From positions 103,292,001 to 103,356,000 of the forward strand of contig NW_027361671.1 in assembly GCF_039654945.1 (NCBI RefSeq): a stretch of 64,000 bases of DNA. Direction: 5' to 3'. The notes under the pieces were generated by a model. It was not told where the DNA came from. It searched no databases and saw only the letters and a program-made list of their open reading frames with translations. How positions within the stretch are numbered: position 1 is the stretch's first letter; the number at the start of each line of letters is the position of its first letter. Shown piece by piece: positions 36,201-51,398 of this stretch. The stretch is from Dendrobates tinctorius (taxonomy: Eukaryota). The position numbers were made by a program, and so were the translations under genes.

Positions 36201-37851
36201 TAGTGTTGAGCATTCCAATACTGCAAATATCGGGTATCGGCCGATATTCGCTGTATCGGAATTCCGATACCGAGTACCGATATTTTTACACTATCGGATA
36301 CCGGAATCGGAAGTTCGCATAATGCAATGAGCCAGTGTTGTGGCTGTGATTAGCTGCTGAAATGATGTCCTCATGATGCGCGGGCCTGCCGGGGGTCTCT
36401 GCGGGCCTGCCGGTGGTTGTGTTTGTGTGCAGGCATCGTCCGATGGGACTACAAGTCCCTTTGTGCTATGCCTGCTACAATGACAGTGATTGACACATTA
36501 GCCAATGATGGGACAGTAGTAGTCCCATCATCTGGCTGTGTTGAATGTAAAAAAAAAAACAAAACAGCAAAAAACATACATACTACATATATACAACATA
36601 CATACTACATTCATACATCCATACTACATATATACTACATTCATACTACATACATACTACATATACTGCATTCATACAACATACTACATATATACTACAT
36701 TCATACAACATACATACTACATTCATACAACATGCACATACTACATTTATACATACATACTACATACATACTACATTTATACATACTACATACATTCATA
36801 CAATACATACATATAGACATACAGTACATATAACAGAGTACATACTCACCATCACTTGTCACTTTGATCCCCGAAGCCAGTGTCATCTCACTGTAAAAAA
36901 TATTAAAATAACAAACAAGCAATATACTCCCTGATCCGCAGAAATCCACGAGTGTCCCATGACTATCTTCTGCAGTGCATCACTGAGAGGTTACTATAGT
37001 TCACTGGTCTCACTTTATGGCAAAAGCTGCATGGGAACTTTCTCACACAGCAATGCCAAAAGTGAGACTAGGGACTATTTTTTTACAGTGGCGGAGGGAT
37101 ACAGTGCGGAAGGATACCTACCTCCCGTCATTGTATTCCTGGGGCCCCTAGATAGTGTTGGCATGAGCTGATGCTGCTGTTCTCCACAGGAGATAGTCGT
37201 GGGACACTCGTGGATTTCTGCGGATCAGGGAGTATATCGGTTGTTTGTTATTTTAATATTTTTTAAAGATGACACTGGCTTCGGGGATCAAAGTGACAAG
37301 TGATGGTGAGTATGTACTCTGTTATATGTATGTATTGTATGAATGTATTGTATGTTGTATGTCTGTAGCATGTAGTATGTATGTAGTATGTATGTTGTAT
37401 GTATGAATGTAGTATATATGTAGTATGTATGTGTTGGGTTTTTTTTTTTTTTTTACATTCAACACATTAGCTGGATGATGGGACTACTACTGTCACATAA
37501 TTGGCTAATGTGTCAATCACTGTCATTGTAGCAGGCATAGCCCGATGGGACTTGTAGTCCCATCGGACAATGCCTGCACACACATACAACCCCCGGCAGG
37601 CCTGCACAGACCCCCGAGAGGCCCGTACAGACCCCGCACACACACACGCACAGTATCCGCCCACACTCTCTCTCCCCCCCCCCCCCGAACTGGATGTACA
37701 AGTAAAGAAAGGGTTTTTTTTTTTAATTCCGATATTTCTGTCCTATTAACTTGAATGGGGTTTCCAGTATCGTAATCGGCGATACCCGATACCTTTTGGG
37801 TATCGATCCGATCCGATACTTCACGATATCGGATGGTATCGCTCAACACTA
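36201..37851. mobile_element. Non-autonomous hAT element with long internal inverted repeats
   Basis: TIR TAGTGTTGAGC / GCTCAACACTA; 8-bp TSD gtgtttaa at 36193-36200 and 37852-37859. Arms about 36410-36970 / 37190-37620 contain (TACA)n-like tracts. Confidence 0.88.
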
Positions 37852-39014
37852 GTGTTTAACAATCGCCAGAAGTTTTAAAATTTTAGCATAGCCTCTTAGT
37901 TGCGCCAAATTTATTCAACTTTTTCAAAGCTTTTTATGCGGGAATATTGTCTTAAAAGCTTTGATGAATCAGGTTTTATATCTTCAAATTTAGTTTACAG
38001 GGAACCTGTTACCTTCAGAAACGAAATTTACCTGCAGTGATGGGGGTAATCTGCTTTTAAATCCTGTTTAGCCAGCTTACTGGAGCAGCAGCTGCAGGGA
38101 GAAAATGAAGTTCTTTTGGGAGCAGTTGCAGTCACTGCTCACTACAGAGTCCTGTAATTTCTCCCCGGACCTTTGAGAGCTTGCTGTGCATCTTGTGTGT
38201 GGAGTGCAGACTGACAAAGTGCCGGGGAGTGATTTACTGTGCCTTCACTTCATTTTCTCCTTAGAGCTGCTGTTTCAGTACGCCGGCTAAACAGGATTTA
38301 AACAGTTTATACTTGCAGATTTCCCCCTTAAATATGAAGGTAAATTGCATTTCTGAACATAACAGGTTCCCTTCAAGGAGATCTGGACGTATATACGGCC
38401 CATTTCATTCAAGCTTTTCTGCCAGTATTCTGGCATAAAATGTTTTAAAAGCTGCATAATGTTGGCGCAACTCAAGTCTGTGCTACGATTTTGCACCTTT
38501 TTGGCTTTCTCGCACCATTTCCCCCTAGTTCTGACAAAGTGGGCAGGGAGAGAGGTGACCACTTCTCGTTAAATTGATAACGAGCGGCGATGTTCGATAC
38601 ACTTCTCATCTGTCTCTCCTACAGGCGTACACCAGCGCATCTCTTCATCTTTTCCGGCATGAATAATACCAGTCTTTGATTAATCGGGCCCACAATATTG
38701 TATACATATTTTTGCATGGCTCTGCTAGTAACTTGCCTCTGACAATGATGCACTGTTAACTACAGCTATGTATGTTATTTAGTTATATAAACTCTTACAA
38801 TGATCGAAAAGAGCTTCTGATTGACAGCCATCCTCTATTTTAGAAAAAAAAAAATATTTTGGTCCTCATTTAAATTGTCTCCTGCCAATAAAATCTTAAA
38901 ATCTAAGCATAGGTTTTACCTTGGGTTTACATGTGTCATTCTGTAGAAAATGCTATATTCTAAAAGCATGTAAGGGATAATTATTTATCATGAAATTTGT
39001 TTCTTTATTTTCAG

Positions 39015-39132
39015 CAACATCATTCCTTCTTTTGTTCTCATGGATATCCAAGCTTCAACCGTTGTCACGTATGTCTACCAGCTGATAGGAGATGATGTCA
39101 AAGTAGAAAGAATTGAGTACAAGAAGTCCTAA
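39015..39132 (+). CDS. VPS29: VPS29 last coding exon
   Basis: ttttcAG|C AAC ATC...; [38 protein letters not shown] then TAA at 39130-39132. Confidence 0.97.
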
Positions 39133-40501
39133 GACGAACCCTTTGAACTTTCCATTGCCTTGAACCTTCATATCCATGCATTATTTAATCAGTGAACATC
39201 TCTAGGCAGTTTCTGTAAGCTTTGTTACTCTGTTCAATGTAAAGTGATTGGTCACTTTCTGCTGCTTTAATGTTTGATGTAAACTCTCTAGTGATGATTT
39301 CTTAGTTTACATGTGTTATAAACAAGTGTGCCACATTGAATTAATACCCTGTATAAATAGCCTTGTACATATAACATAAAATGTTAACATTCACTGATGA
39401 TACAAAAGTAACAATACAGATTTTCATTTCCTATATGATCTGACTTTCATGTCCTTTTTGTGTTGTGTTTTACCTTCATGACTGCCTTGTGAAACTTGGG
39501 CTACAAGTCTGCAGTCACTCTTATGTTCACTGCACACTGTGAGGATTCTCCGGCGCTGGAAGTGGACGGTCATGTGTTTTCTTTGCATACTTCTGGCCAC
39601 ACTCCGACTTGTGTGTCTCCTCGCTCAATACATTTGCATTGAGTGTGGCTATGCTCAACTTGTCGGCACGTTACCACATGTATTCAAATACTTGCGGTCA
39701 CACGCCCAACACTGGAGAATTCTCAGTCTCTGCTTAAAGGGGTTGTCTGGCCTCTACAAGTCTGTGACTGCAGACTTGTGAATCCCTCACATCGCGAGCC
39801 CTGTTCTCTTTAAAAGGTGCTTTTGAGTCCCAGCACCCGCATGTCACGCAGCTGTTCAACAGCCGCAACACATGCATGGATTGCCTGTTTGTGGAATTGC
39901 GCCATTTGTTATGCTTAAATTGTACCAGAGGTTGAACTACCTCTGGTACAATTTAAGCATAACAAATGGAAAAATGTTAATAGGATATGGACACCTTAGC
40001 AGGCTCTTTCTTTTAATTGCTTGTGTTTTTGGTAATGTAGTTTCATTAAAGTGTTTTGCTGTTTTGCCTTCCACATCCTGTTTGTATCACATGGCAAAAA
40101 GCATATTGTACAGTGAGCAGTGGCTGAATTCTCCCTCTGCGCCGCCCCATTGACTGAAACCGTGCAGATCGCAAGAGGAAATAAGTTGTTGTTGTTTTGT
40201 TTGTTTTTTTTTCTCTCCCAATAGCCGTACGTTCAGTAGGGCAGCTGCAATGCCATTTATCTGCAAAATAACCTCATATCCACAGGTAAACCCCTTTCCA
40301 AGGTGACTGATTGCTTTTTAAGTAAATAAAAAAAAAAAAAATGCCCAAAGGCATTGACAATATGATCTGTTGCTCCTAAGCAAGTAACTGGCATTCACTC
40401 AGAAATCTTCTATTCTCATTTTTAGGTTTTTATTAAATAATACAGGATACAGGGGATGGTAAGGTGGTAAACTGTGTGGTAAAATACACACGTGTGTGTA
40501 T

Positions 40502-41525
<1,024 letters not shown>

Positions 41526-42014
41526 CATACACTATCTTGGTGATGCATGGTAGGAAGGTGATGTTTATACAATTAAGAGTAAGAGTTAAAAAAAAAAAAA
41601 AATCCCTTATAGCTTTTGCAGTGTTCTCAGCTGTTAGTTGGTCTCGTTCATGGAAAGAGCAGTGATTTGCTTACGCACATCCTCTATGGTCCTTGACACT
41701 TCAGTAGTTGTAGCTGCTGTATGTACTCTAAACGGTAATAAAAACATCAGTCAGTGACTCCCATCAAAATACCTATGGTAATATGAAAGCTATGTTCACA
41801 TAAGCTGCATGGAGGTAGACCGGATTCCTATACATCAGTACTACAGAGACAGGAGCTGCATGTGCTGCTATTGGTACCTTTTACTGGCTCTGTATTGTGA
41901 AGATATCCAATAGAAGCAATGTGCTATGGAAGAATTCCTCCATGATACTGTGCGCTACATCATAATAGCACTTTCTAAATACTAATTGTAAGACAAGGGT
42001 TAATAAAACTGTAC

Positions 42015-42087
42015 CTTCTATAATGTCCCATTATTTCCTTCTTGCTTTTTCCGGAAGCGGAATGATGCAATCGAGCTTTCTTTAAAC
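42015..42087 (-). CDS. FAM216A: Candidate FAM216A exon 5
   Basis: catAG|GT TTA AAG...TAT AGA AG|GTacag, open in the phase left by exon 4 (GLKKARLHHSASGKSKKEIMGHYR). Only weak similarity to mammalian sequence. Confidence 0.4.
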
Positions 42088-43589
42088 CTATGTACAGTAT
42101 AACACATCTCTAAGACACAGTGCAAAGCAACAAACCCACTCACATTTTCATTGTTTTCCAAGCTTAAAGGTGTTCCTATAAACATATATCAGCTATGATC
42201 ACTGAGGATTTGACTACAAGAACCTCCACATATCATAAAAAAAGGGGTTACCAAGGTCCACTGTTGGGATGGAGCAGTAGTGTACATTTGTGTCAACGGC
42301 TCCATTCAAAGTCAATGGGGTTACTGAAGATGGCTACGTAATAATGCTCGGCTCTTACCATCCTTCCTTTTGATAGTGATTGGAGCTATGGTCACATATG
42401 CGCACTACAGCCCTGATCTTGTGATGGTGGGGGTCCCAGTGGCATTTTTTTACTTTAGATAACATTTACCACTTGTCCAGGCTTGGGATGAAAGTGTGCA
42501 GTCACTCTATGTGACTGCAGACTTCTGGATCCTGAAAGGTGCGAATGCCATTAGTAGTCTCCATTTTACCCAATGGAGAATTTTTTTTCATTCATGCAAG
42601 AAAAACAGCGATTAATGCAGTTCTCCCAATTTCTTTTCTTCCTTAATGTAGTTTCTCCTGCCAAGCTTAAATCAACTCTTTTGTACAACCGAGTACTATA
42701 ACTGTAAATCCTAGTCTTTAAGTTGTTGTTAGGCCTCATTCACATGTCAAAACACAGAACATGTGTCAATCTTTGAATTATACTTTTTCTCTAAGTTCCA
42801 CTCCTGGCTTTGGCATACAAACACTGATGCAAAAATACAGAGGTGTGAATGAGATCTTGGAAACTGATATCTGCCACAATACAGGCAAAAAAAATTGCAT
42901 TCATGAAACTCATCAAACCAGCCTAAAATCACAAACCAGTCTTTTGTGCATCTTACAGCTATATTCATACATCTGTGTGCTGTCTACTTTTTTTACTGGA
43001 CAGCACGTTGACCTTCAGAGTTTCATTGATCATTAGGCACATCCGTTTTAAAAACTGGTCCATGCCCTGGCCCGTGAGACTCAGAGCATGTCATATACTC
43101 ATCTGCTTGGTGGATCAGACTTGGATATTAAAGTCAATGGGATTACATGTAAACAGATGAAACATGGAAGACATACTATTTCGTTTTTCACTGATTTATT
43201 GCTAAACGTAAATGGATAGAGAAAAGTTTAGACAGTCTACTTTAGTTTTTAAAAACAGATGAGAAAAAAATGCAACACGGAAGCAGTATAGATGCCATAT
43301 GGGAGAAAAAAGGATTCTGGGTACTTACCATAAAATCTTTCTCGGAGCCTTCATTGGGGGACACAGGAGACCATGGGTGTATGCTGCTGACAATAGGCAA
43401 AAAATGTTAGCTCCTCCTCAACATGCCACACCCACCAACTGGCATGAACAGGGCCGGCTTCAGTTTTTCGTGAGCCTCGGGCAAAAGAGTCTCAGTGGAC
43501 CCCTTTAACACACCACGATTTGTGATGCACAGATATGGCAGAGAAATATAGGTATAGTACATTGCCAAAGATTTTGCTATTTCCCAGCC

Positions 43590-44123
43590 TTACCCCTATG
43601 CCAGGCCCTTCACTGGCTTCCTATTGCCCAGAGGCTCCAGTTCAAAACCCTAACCATGGCATACAAAGCCATCCACAACCTGTCTCCATACATCTGTGAC
43701 ATGGTCTCCCGGTACCTACCCACACGCAACCTTCGATCCTCTCAAGATCCTCTCTACTCCCCCCTCATCTCTTCTTCCCACAACCGCATACAAGACATCT
43801 CCCGTGCCTCCCCCATACTCTGGAACTCTCTGCCGCAACATATCAGACTCTCACCAACAACGGAAACCTTCAAGAAGAACCTGAAGACCCACCTGTTCCG
43901 ACAAGCCTACAGCCTGCAATGATCCTCAGTCTACTGAACCACCGCATAACCAGCTCTACCCTCTCCTGGTGTATCCTCACCAATCCCTGTAGGCTGTGAG
44001 CCCTCGCCAGCAGGGTCCCCTCTCCTTCTTGCACATGTTTATTGTACTTGTCTATATTTCCCCTTTTCACATGTAAAGCGCTATACAATAAATGGCGCTA
44101 TATAAATGCATAATAATAATAAT
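43590..44123 (+). mobile_element. 5'-truncated L2-like LINE 3' end
   Basis: LHWLPIAQRLQFKTLTMAYKAIHNL...LWNSLP...FKKNLKTHLF followed by a (TAA)n tail. Confidence 0.85.
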
Positions 44124-44189
44124 CTCACCTCTTACATTAGTCATATCTATTGTAAATTCTATAATGGCTCAGAAACTGAACAGTGTAGT

Positions 44190-44820
44190 CCTCCATACAG
44201 TATTATGGGATATATTATTGCTCCATACAGAATAATGAGCCCCAAATGGTGCTCCATAAAGTATAATGGCCCCAAATATTGCTCCATACAGAATGGACCC
44301 CATATACTGCTCCACACAATATAATGAACTCCATATATTGCTCCATACAGAATAATAAGACCCATATATTGCTCCTTACAGAATAATGAGCCCCATATAT
44401 TGCTCTATACAGTATAATGAACCCCATATACTTCATACACTGCTCCATACAGAATAATGAACCCCATATATTGCTCTACACTGAATAATGAGCCCCACAT
44501 ATTGCTCCATACAAAATAATGAGCCCCATATATTGCTTTATACAGTATAATGAGCCCCATACAGTTTAATGAGCGCTATATATTGCTCCATACAGTATAA
44601 TTGGCCCCATATATTGCTCCATATATAATGGGCCCAATATATTGCTCCATATATAATGGACCCCATATAATCTTCCATACACAATGGGCCCCATATAATG
44701 CTCCATACATAATAGGCCTCACATTGCTGCATACATAATGAGTCGCATTTATTGCTCCATACAGTTATATGATGGGCCCCATATAATACTCCTTAAAAAA
44801 TGGGCCCCATATATTGCTCC
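44190..44820. repeat. Degenerate tandem repeat, unit about 30 bp (ccccatatattgctccatacagaataatgag), inside the hAT element
   Basis: About 20 diverged units visible. Confidence 0.85.
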
Positions 44821-47466
44821 AAACATTAAAAAAACATTAAAAAAAATAAATAATCACCTCTCCTCACAGGTCGCTGTTCTGCTCCGAACTCCTCAGCATC
44901 GGTTTCTTCCGGCTCTCTGCACTGTGACTGTTCAGAACTGAGAGCGCACTGTAGTGACGTCATTGTGCCCTCTGGCCTGAACAGTCATAGAGTCAGAAGA
45001 CACTGAAGGCGCCACAGCTGCAGGGGAAAGGTGAGAAGTAAGTATTGCAAGTACCGATGCAGAGTAAGTGGGGTGGGGGGGTCAACTCGTGAGCACTGGC
45101 ACCAGGCCACCATAGAGCGCCGGTGTTCCCGACGGCAAGTGCCCCCCAGCCTGCTCGGCACCGGTAGTTGCCTGGGTACGTCAGGTGCTGATGCCAGCCC
45201 TAGGCATGAAGCTGATCAGTTAGTGAGAAAGCAGTAGGAGGAGCAACATGAAAAACAACTTCCAACAGGCGCAATACAGGCACAAAAAGGGAGAGTGCTG
45301 TGCCCTCTATGAAGGCTCTGAGAAAGGTAAGTACCCAAAATTCTCTTTTCTCTATCTCTTCATTGGTGGACACAGGAGACCATGGGATGTCCAAAAGCAG
45401 TTCTACGGATGGGAAAAAAGGAAAAGGAATGCCAAGAACAGGTCTAAGTACAAGCAACTGCTGCTAGCAGACTATTCCTACCTAAACTTGCATCCTCCGA
45501 GGCATAGGTATGATCAAGTAGCAACCTTTCAGAGCTGCGACACAGAGACCTGATGATGAACGGCCCAGGAAGCCTTCACTGTAGAGCGAGCCTTGACCCT
45601 GGGAGGGGGCAGTCTAGTACTCTATATGCTTCCAGGATGGCAGAGTGGCTCCAAAGAGCTATTGTGACCCTGGAGACCCGAAGTCCTCTGCAGTAGCCCT
45701 CTGGAATCACAAACAAGGAGTTGGAGCATCTGAAGGATGTTGTTCTGGAAAGATAAAAGCAAAGAGCTCTAACCAGATCCAATCTGCGGAGGGGACCGTT
45801 CTCGAGGATGAACTGGGGATTGACTGAAAGATGGAATGACAATATCTTCGTTAAGATGGAAGGAAGAAACCACCTTAGGGAGAAAGGAGGGAACTGGTCG
45901 CAACACCGCTTTGTCCTGATGGAGGACAAAGAAGGGAGAATGGCAAGATAGGGCTGACTGTGAGACGCGCCTGATGGCGATTATCGCCACAGGGAAGGAA
46001 ACCAAGAAGAGACAAACTTCTCAAGTGGGATCAAAGCAGGAACCCTGAAGGACTTTCAGGATTGGATTGAGGTCACAAGGATCCACAGGAGGATGATATG
46101 GAGGATGTGAATGGGCAACTCCCTGCAGGAAGATCCTGACCTGAGAGTGAGAAGCCAGATACCTCTGAAACAGGATTGAAATGGCTAAGATCTGACCCAT
46201 AAGCAAGCTGAGAGATAGACTAGACTCGAGAATTGACTAGGAAAGCCAGTAGGGAAGGAAGAGAGAAGGCTATAGGGGTTATATGGTTAGCTTCGCACCA
46301 GCGAAAGAAGGCTTTCCATGTGTGATGATACTGTAGATGGGAGAAGAAGAGGGTTTCCTCGCCTTAAACTTTAAGTCTGCGGCTTCAACAGCCATGCCGT
46401 TAAATTCAGAGACTGAAATCTGGTGGAAGAAAGGACCCTTGGAAAAGAAGGTCTAGACAATCCGTGAGCTTCCAAGGGCATCTGCAAAGAGGTTGACCAC
46501 TTCTGCATACGAAGCTCTTCTGGGACAGCCGGGAGCCATGAGAATGACTGGTACTCCTTCCATTTTGATTTTATTGATGAGTCTAGGAATCAGCGGTAGG
46601 AGTGGAAATAGATATTGATGGTTGAACTGAGTCTATGAGAGAATCAGGGTGAGGGGGTACAGAGACCTGGACAGGAAATGAGTAACCTTGTTTCTCATTC
46701 TGGATGTCATCAAATTGATGTGGAGTGTGCCTGCCCCATCTTTGACAGATCTGTCTGAAAACCAATGAGTTCATGGAACTCGGAGGCCAAGTTGTCCGCC
46801 CCGGGAATGTGCATTGCAGATATTGCTGGCACTCTGTGTTTGGCACATGGCTGAATTCAAAATACTTCTGCCATGACTGATCCACTTCAGATCCCGCCCT
46901 AGTGATTGATGTGTGCAATGGCTGTGGCATTGTCGGACTGGAAGCAGTCATTCTAGAAGGTCCTGCCAGTGCAGGATTGTGAGATACATTGCCCTGAGTT
47001 CCAAGATGTTGATGGGAAGTGAGGATTCCTGAGCTTTCCAGCAGCTTTGGACTGTGAACTGATTAAACACTGCTCCCCACCCTAGTAGACTGGTGTCCAT
47101 TGTCACAATCTGCCAGTTTAACGGAAGAAATGAGCTCCCATTGCCAAAGAGGGGAAAGAAATGCAACCAGGTATGTCTTACAGAGGAAGGAGGATGGGAT
47201 AAACCTAGGATCAGATCTCCTTGTCCCGAAACAATATAAGTTGAAGGGGGTAAGGAAACCTTTCCTCGAGGAGAAAAAATATGGCGCCTGCTGTATCGAA
47301 AAGCATGCCTAGGAAGACTAGGTGTTGGACCGGGATCAGAGATGACTTTGCCCTGTTGATGAGCCAGCCCGAATAAGAAAGAATGTAGAGAGTAAGCTGA
47401 AGACTCTTGCAGCAGTCCCAATAGGACACAACATTGATTAGAAGGTTATCCAGGTAGGGAATAACT

Positions 47467-47835
47467 AGAATCATGGAATGTTAGAGTTGGAAGGGACATC
47501 AAAGGTCATCATGTCCAAACCCGTACTCAATGCAGCGCAGGATTCACTCAACCATCTCAGACAGATGTCTGTCCAGCCTCTGTTTGAAGACTTCCTTTGA
47601 AAAAGATCTCACTACTTCTCGTGGCAGCCTGATCCACTTATTGGTCACCCTCACTGTTAAATATTTTTTTTAATATCTAATCTGTATCTTATCTCTTTCA
47701 GTTTCATTCCATTGCTTCTCGTGTTTCCATGTGCAAATGAGAATAAGGATGATCCCTCTACATTGGGACTTCCCTTCAGATATTTGTAGATGGCTACTAA
47801 GTCTCCTCTTAGCCTTCTTTTTTGCAATCTAAAGA
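47467..47835 (-). mobile_element. CR1 LINE 3' fragment interrupting the DIRS RT
   Basis: LQKRRLRGDLVAIYKYLKG...TRSNGMKL; same family as 58510-59086. Confidence 0.85.
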
Positions 47836-50083
47836 CTAGGACGGCCGCCATGACCTTGAAGACCCTGGGGGGTGGAGACTAGACTGAAGAGGAGTGCTGT
47901 GAATTGGGAGTCAAAATCCTATACTGCGAAGCAAAGAAATCTTTGATGTGATGCGCACATTGGAATGTGAAGGTAGGCATCTTGAATGTCCAATGAACAG
48001 AGGAACTCCACGGATTCCATGTAGGCTATCACCGAATGGAGGGACCCCATCCTGAAAAGGCGAAGACGCTCTTGCCTGTTCAGGAGTATGATTTCCAGGA
48101 TAGGATGGAACCGTCCTTTTTTGGAACCACAAAAAAGTTTGAAAAGAAACCGGAAAATTATTCTGGAGAGGGAACGAGAATGATGGCGCCTAACTGGAGG
48201 AGGGAGGAGATGGCCTGAAAAAAAAACGGGAACTAGTGAGGGATTGCTTGGGAACTGGGACTCAAAAAAGCGATAATGGCGAAAAGATGAAAATTCTATT
48301 TTGTAACCGGTGGAGACAACCTCACTGACCCATGTGTCCTCGACTATAGAGGGACACGTGCCCCTAAATAAAAGAAGACGTTCACCAACCCTGGGGACAG
48401 TCCACAGGTGTGACCGACCCATCAGAAGAAAATCTGTTTGGATCAGGAGGGCTTGCTTTGTCGAACACATGGCTGCCAGGAAGGAGCCAGCTTAAACAAA
48501 GTCTCGTCTTCTCCTGGTCGGCAGCGGACCAGTTCTGATGGTTGGGTATTCCTGATGATGAAAATTGACAAAAGTAGCGAAATTATAGGGTACACTTCCT
48601 ACCAGGGGGACGCCTGGGTCTGTGTTGGGGAAGAGAGGTACTCTTCCCTTCAGTAGCATCTGAGATGACCTGATCCAGTCTGGTTCCGAACAGACAAGAG
48701 TCCTGGAAGGGGAGGCTGGGGAGAAATTCCTTAGAGTCCGAGTTTGCGCTCCACACCTTGAGCTGTTGGACTCCGCGTATGGCCATGATGTTGTTGAAAC
48801 CCAGGTGGAGGCAAAGGCGGAGCACATGGTTGTTCCCCCGGCTTTGAATGCAGACTTGGCCAGAGATTCAATATGTCTGTTGGTAGGGTCCTTGAGGGAG
48901 GCGCCATCATAAAGAGGGAGAATCGTGTTGGAGAACAGCCAGGATACCGGAAGGTCCACAACACGTGACTCAGCCCAAGATTTGAGCAGGTCGGAAGAAT
49001 ACAAAATATCTCCTTAAATAAAACATTTTTCTGGATTCTCCTACTCTTTGGAGAATACTTGTCAAACTCCTTATGGTTGGAAAACATCCGGGGATGGCGT
49101 TCCACCTTCTTTAAGGATACTGTCGGCTCCGTGGTAAGGGAGTCCTGTTCCTTGACATTGGGAGTCTGATTGATGGCTAATATCAAACTATTCATCAAGT
49201 CCCGAATCTTGGAAGCTTGGTCAGAATCGAGGTCCGATTCCATCACGGTGTGGCGGTGGGACCCAAGGGATTTCAAGGGGCTCAGGAGAGGAGAAGCGTG
49301 AGACAGAGGGCATCCTGGAGGATGTGAAGGGCGAAGAAGACCCAGAATAGGTGAAATGCTTCTGTTTCTTTTATCTTAAACGCGATCCACCATGATGGAG
49401 CAAATACGAGTTAAATCTGATCTGTCCCGTTCGGAGCACCAGGGGAGGCTGCTAGGACAGGCAGACCCACAATGACTGTAACAGGGGTTTGGGAAACCTT
49501 GGTTAGGTTAGCGATAGATTGTGATAGACCGTCAGACCACTCAGGGGGAAAGAGTGTGCTCTCGTCCCGGACAGGGGGAGGCTCCTGAGAGATCTGCATC
49601 CTGGAAGGGTTGGATAGAGGGCCGTATGTTGACCTGAGGGCAATTTTTTCTTGCAGGAGAAGCAAGAAAAGTGGAAAATAAGAGGGGGATGGGCATTAGC
49701 GAGTATTCCTAATATTAGACATAGAGGAAAGTACCAAGGAAGGACTGCTGAGGAGTGCCGGTGAGCCTGTGTGCCACAAGGACAGAGCCAACCTGGTCCT
49801 GAAGAAACGGTCTGTGAGGAAGCTGCCAGCAGGGAAGAGGAGATGTTGGTCGGCATTGAGCATGGCAATGGTGCTGAAGAGGAGAGGAGGGGACAGAATC
49901 CGGGAGCGTGCGCAAGGAATACATGCCAAGCACTGCACCCGTTATGAACAAGCCATCTGAATGTTTTCCAGGCAGAGCCAAAGGTAAAGAAGTGCGATGA
50001 AGCCCATGTTGGGCTGAAAGAGTAAGGTGGGAGTGGCTAGAGGGAAGTAGGAAGCTGGGGCCTGAATTTGACAACCTGGCTTG

Positions 50084-51398
50084 TGTCAAGCAGTGACTGG
50101 TGTCACAGTTAGGCTTCGCAGTGTGTTCTCCCCAGGATGCGCACGGAGGCCATGAGAGTGCATTGCAGTCACAAGCGTAGCTGTGATTGCAATACAGACT
50201 AAAAATAAGTGTTAAGCCCCCGTAACACAAAGCGATCTCGCTAGCGAGATCGCTGCTGAGTCACAAGTTTTGTGACTCACCAGCGAGATCGCTGTGTGTG
50301 ACATCTATCAGCGACCGGCCCCCCTACCGGGTATCGCTGATCGTGCTCGAATGACTTTTTTTGATCGTTGGTCTCCCGCTGGCCAGCACACATTGCTGCG
50401 TGTGGCAGGCGGGAGAGCAACGATCAGCGAGCTCCCAGCTCGTATCCAAGGTAAACAGAGGGTTTCTAAGCGCTGCGCTTAGGAACCCACTGTTTACCTT
50501 GGTTACCAGCTCCCTGTACCAGCGCACTGGTATCTAAGGTACATAGCGACGCCTGCGCTCGTCGCCGCTGGTGCTGATCGCTGGTGAAGTTGCCTGTTTG
50601 GCAGCTCACCAGCGATCATGTAGCGACACACCAGCGATCCTGACAAATTCATATAGTTGTCGGGATCGCTGGTGAGTCGCTATGTGTGACGGGGCCCTTA
50701 GTCTTGGGCATGCTAGTGTCCAAGGCAGATTTAAGGGAACACAAAAACATTTTTTTTTTCTATTTGTGAGATTTAAGGGAAACCTGCTCTGGGGTTTTTG
50801 TATTTTGAAACAGACTGCAGGATGGTAGTCTTGCAGTCCATTTCATTTCAGGCCCAGGTTTTCCATGTGGCTGAAGGGTGTGGGTGTTTGGAGGAGTACA
50901 GAGCAGTAGGCTCTGCAGCGCTCCACCTGTGTGAAGCAACACATGCCAGTGAAGCCAAACAGCCAGGAGAGCTGAGACGCCTGGCACCCACAGCTTGGTC
51001 TCGGAGGTGGATGTCTTGTGCCCGGCGGTGAAGCGGAGGTAGACGGTCCTGTGCCCGAAGGAGGACTAGCGTGTTTAGTGACTGTAATCTGAAGGATATC
51101 GTGTACTGTGGAAAGCTGTGAGTAAAAATACATTAACACGGCGGTGCAATAGCCCACGGCAACAGGTCATAAAGGTGGATCGGGGTGTTTAGTGACTGTG
51201 TAATCCAGAGAATATATGCCCGGCTGCAATCCAGAGGATACTGGGTACTATGTAGTGCTGTGAACTGAACATTAATACTATGCACGTGTGTGAATTGGAC
51301 ATTAATGCCGTGAAGTAACCGCATTAAAGAGACTTTGTGTTGGAACTTTGCTGGGTCACAGCCTCATCACTGCATAAGTGTGCTACCACTGCACTACA
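50084..51398 (+). mobile_element. Solo LTR related to the Gmr1-like LTR at 1-776 / 2413-14394, opposite orientation
   Basis: Reverse-complement similarity along its length (e.g. ccaggttttccatgtggctgaa; gggtcacagcctcatcactgc...ctaca); diverged. Confidence 0.75.
50215..50697. mobile_element. Harbinger-like MITE nested in the solo LTR
   Basis: TTA TSD at 50212-50214 and 50698-50700; removing it restores aagtgttagtcttgg of the LTR; cagcgat repeats. Confidence 0.8.

Larger units (their letters stand above)
43449..45202. mobile_element. Non-autonomous hAT element inserted in the DIRS terminal region
   Basis: CAGGGCCGGCTTCAG...CTGATGCCAGCCCTA; 8-bp TSD ggcatgaa at 43441-43448 and 45203-45210. Confidence 0.8.
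43305..49950 (-). mobile_element. Decayed DIRS1-like tyrosine-recombinase retrotransposon
   Basis: Minus-strand remnants: gag-like (48731-49276), RT (SLDIQDAYLHIP; PYLDNLLI), RNase H (LLGWGAV...INILELRA), recombinase (LDLVRALCFYLSRT...SLFVIP). Terminal/ICR motif ttcattggNggacacaggagaccatggg at about 43350 and 45359. Ends approximate. Confidence 0.85.

Noticed and set aside
36417-36949. His/Tyr/Ile-rich ORFs (also 44106-44732 and 56148-56484)
   Set aside because: Translations of simple repeats.
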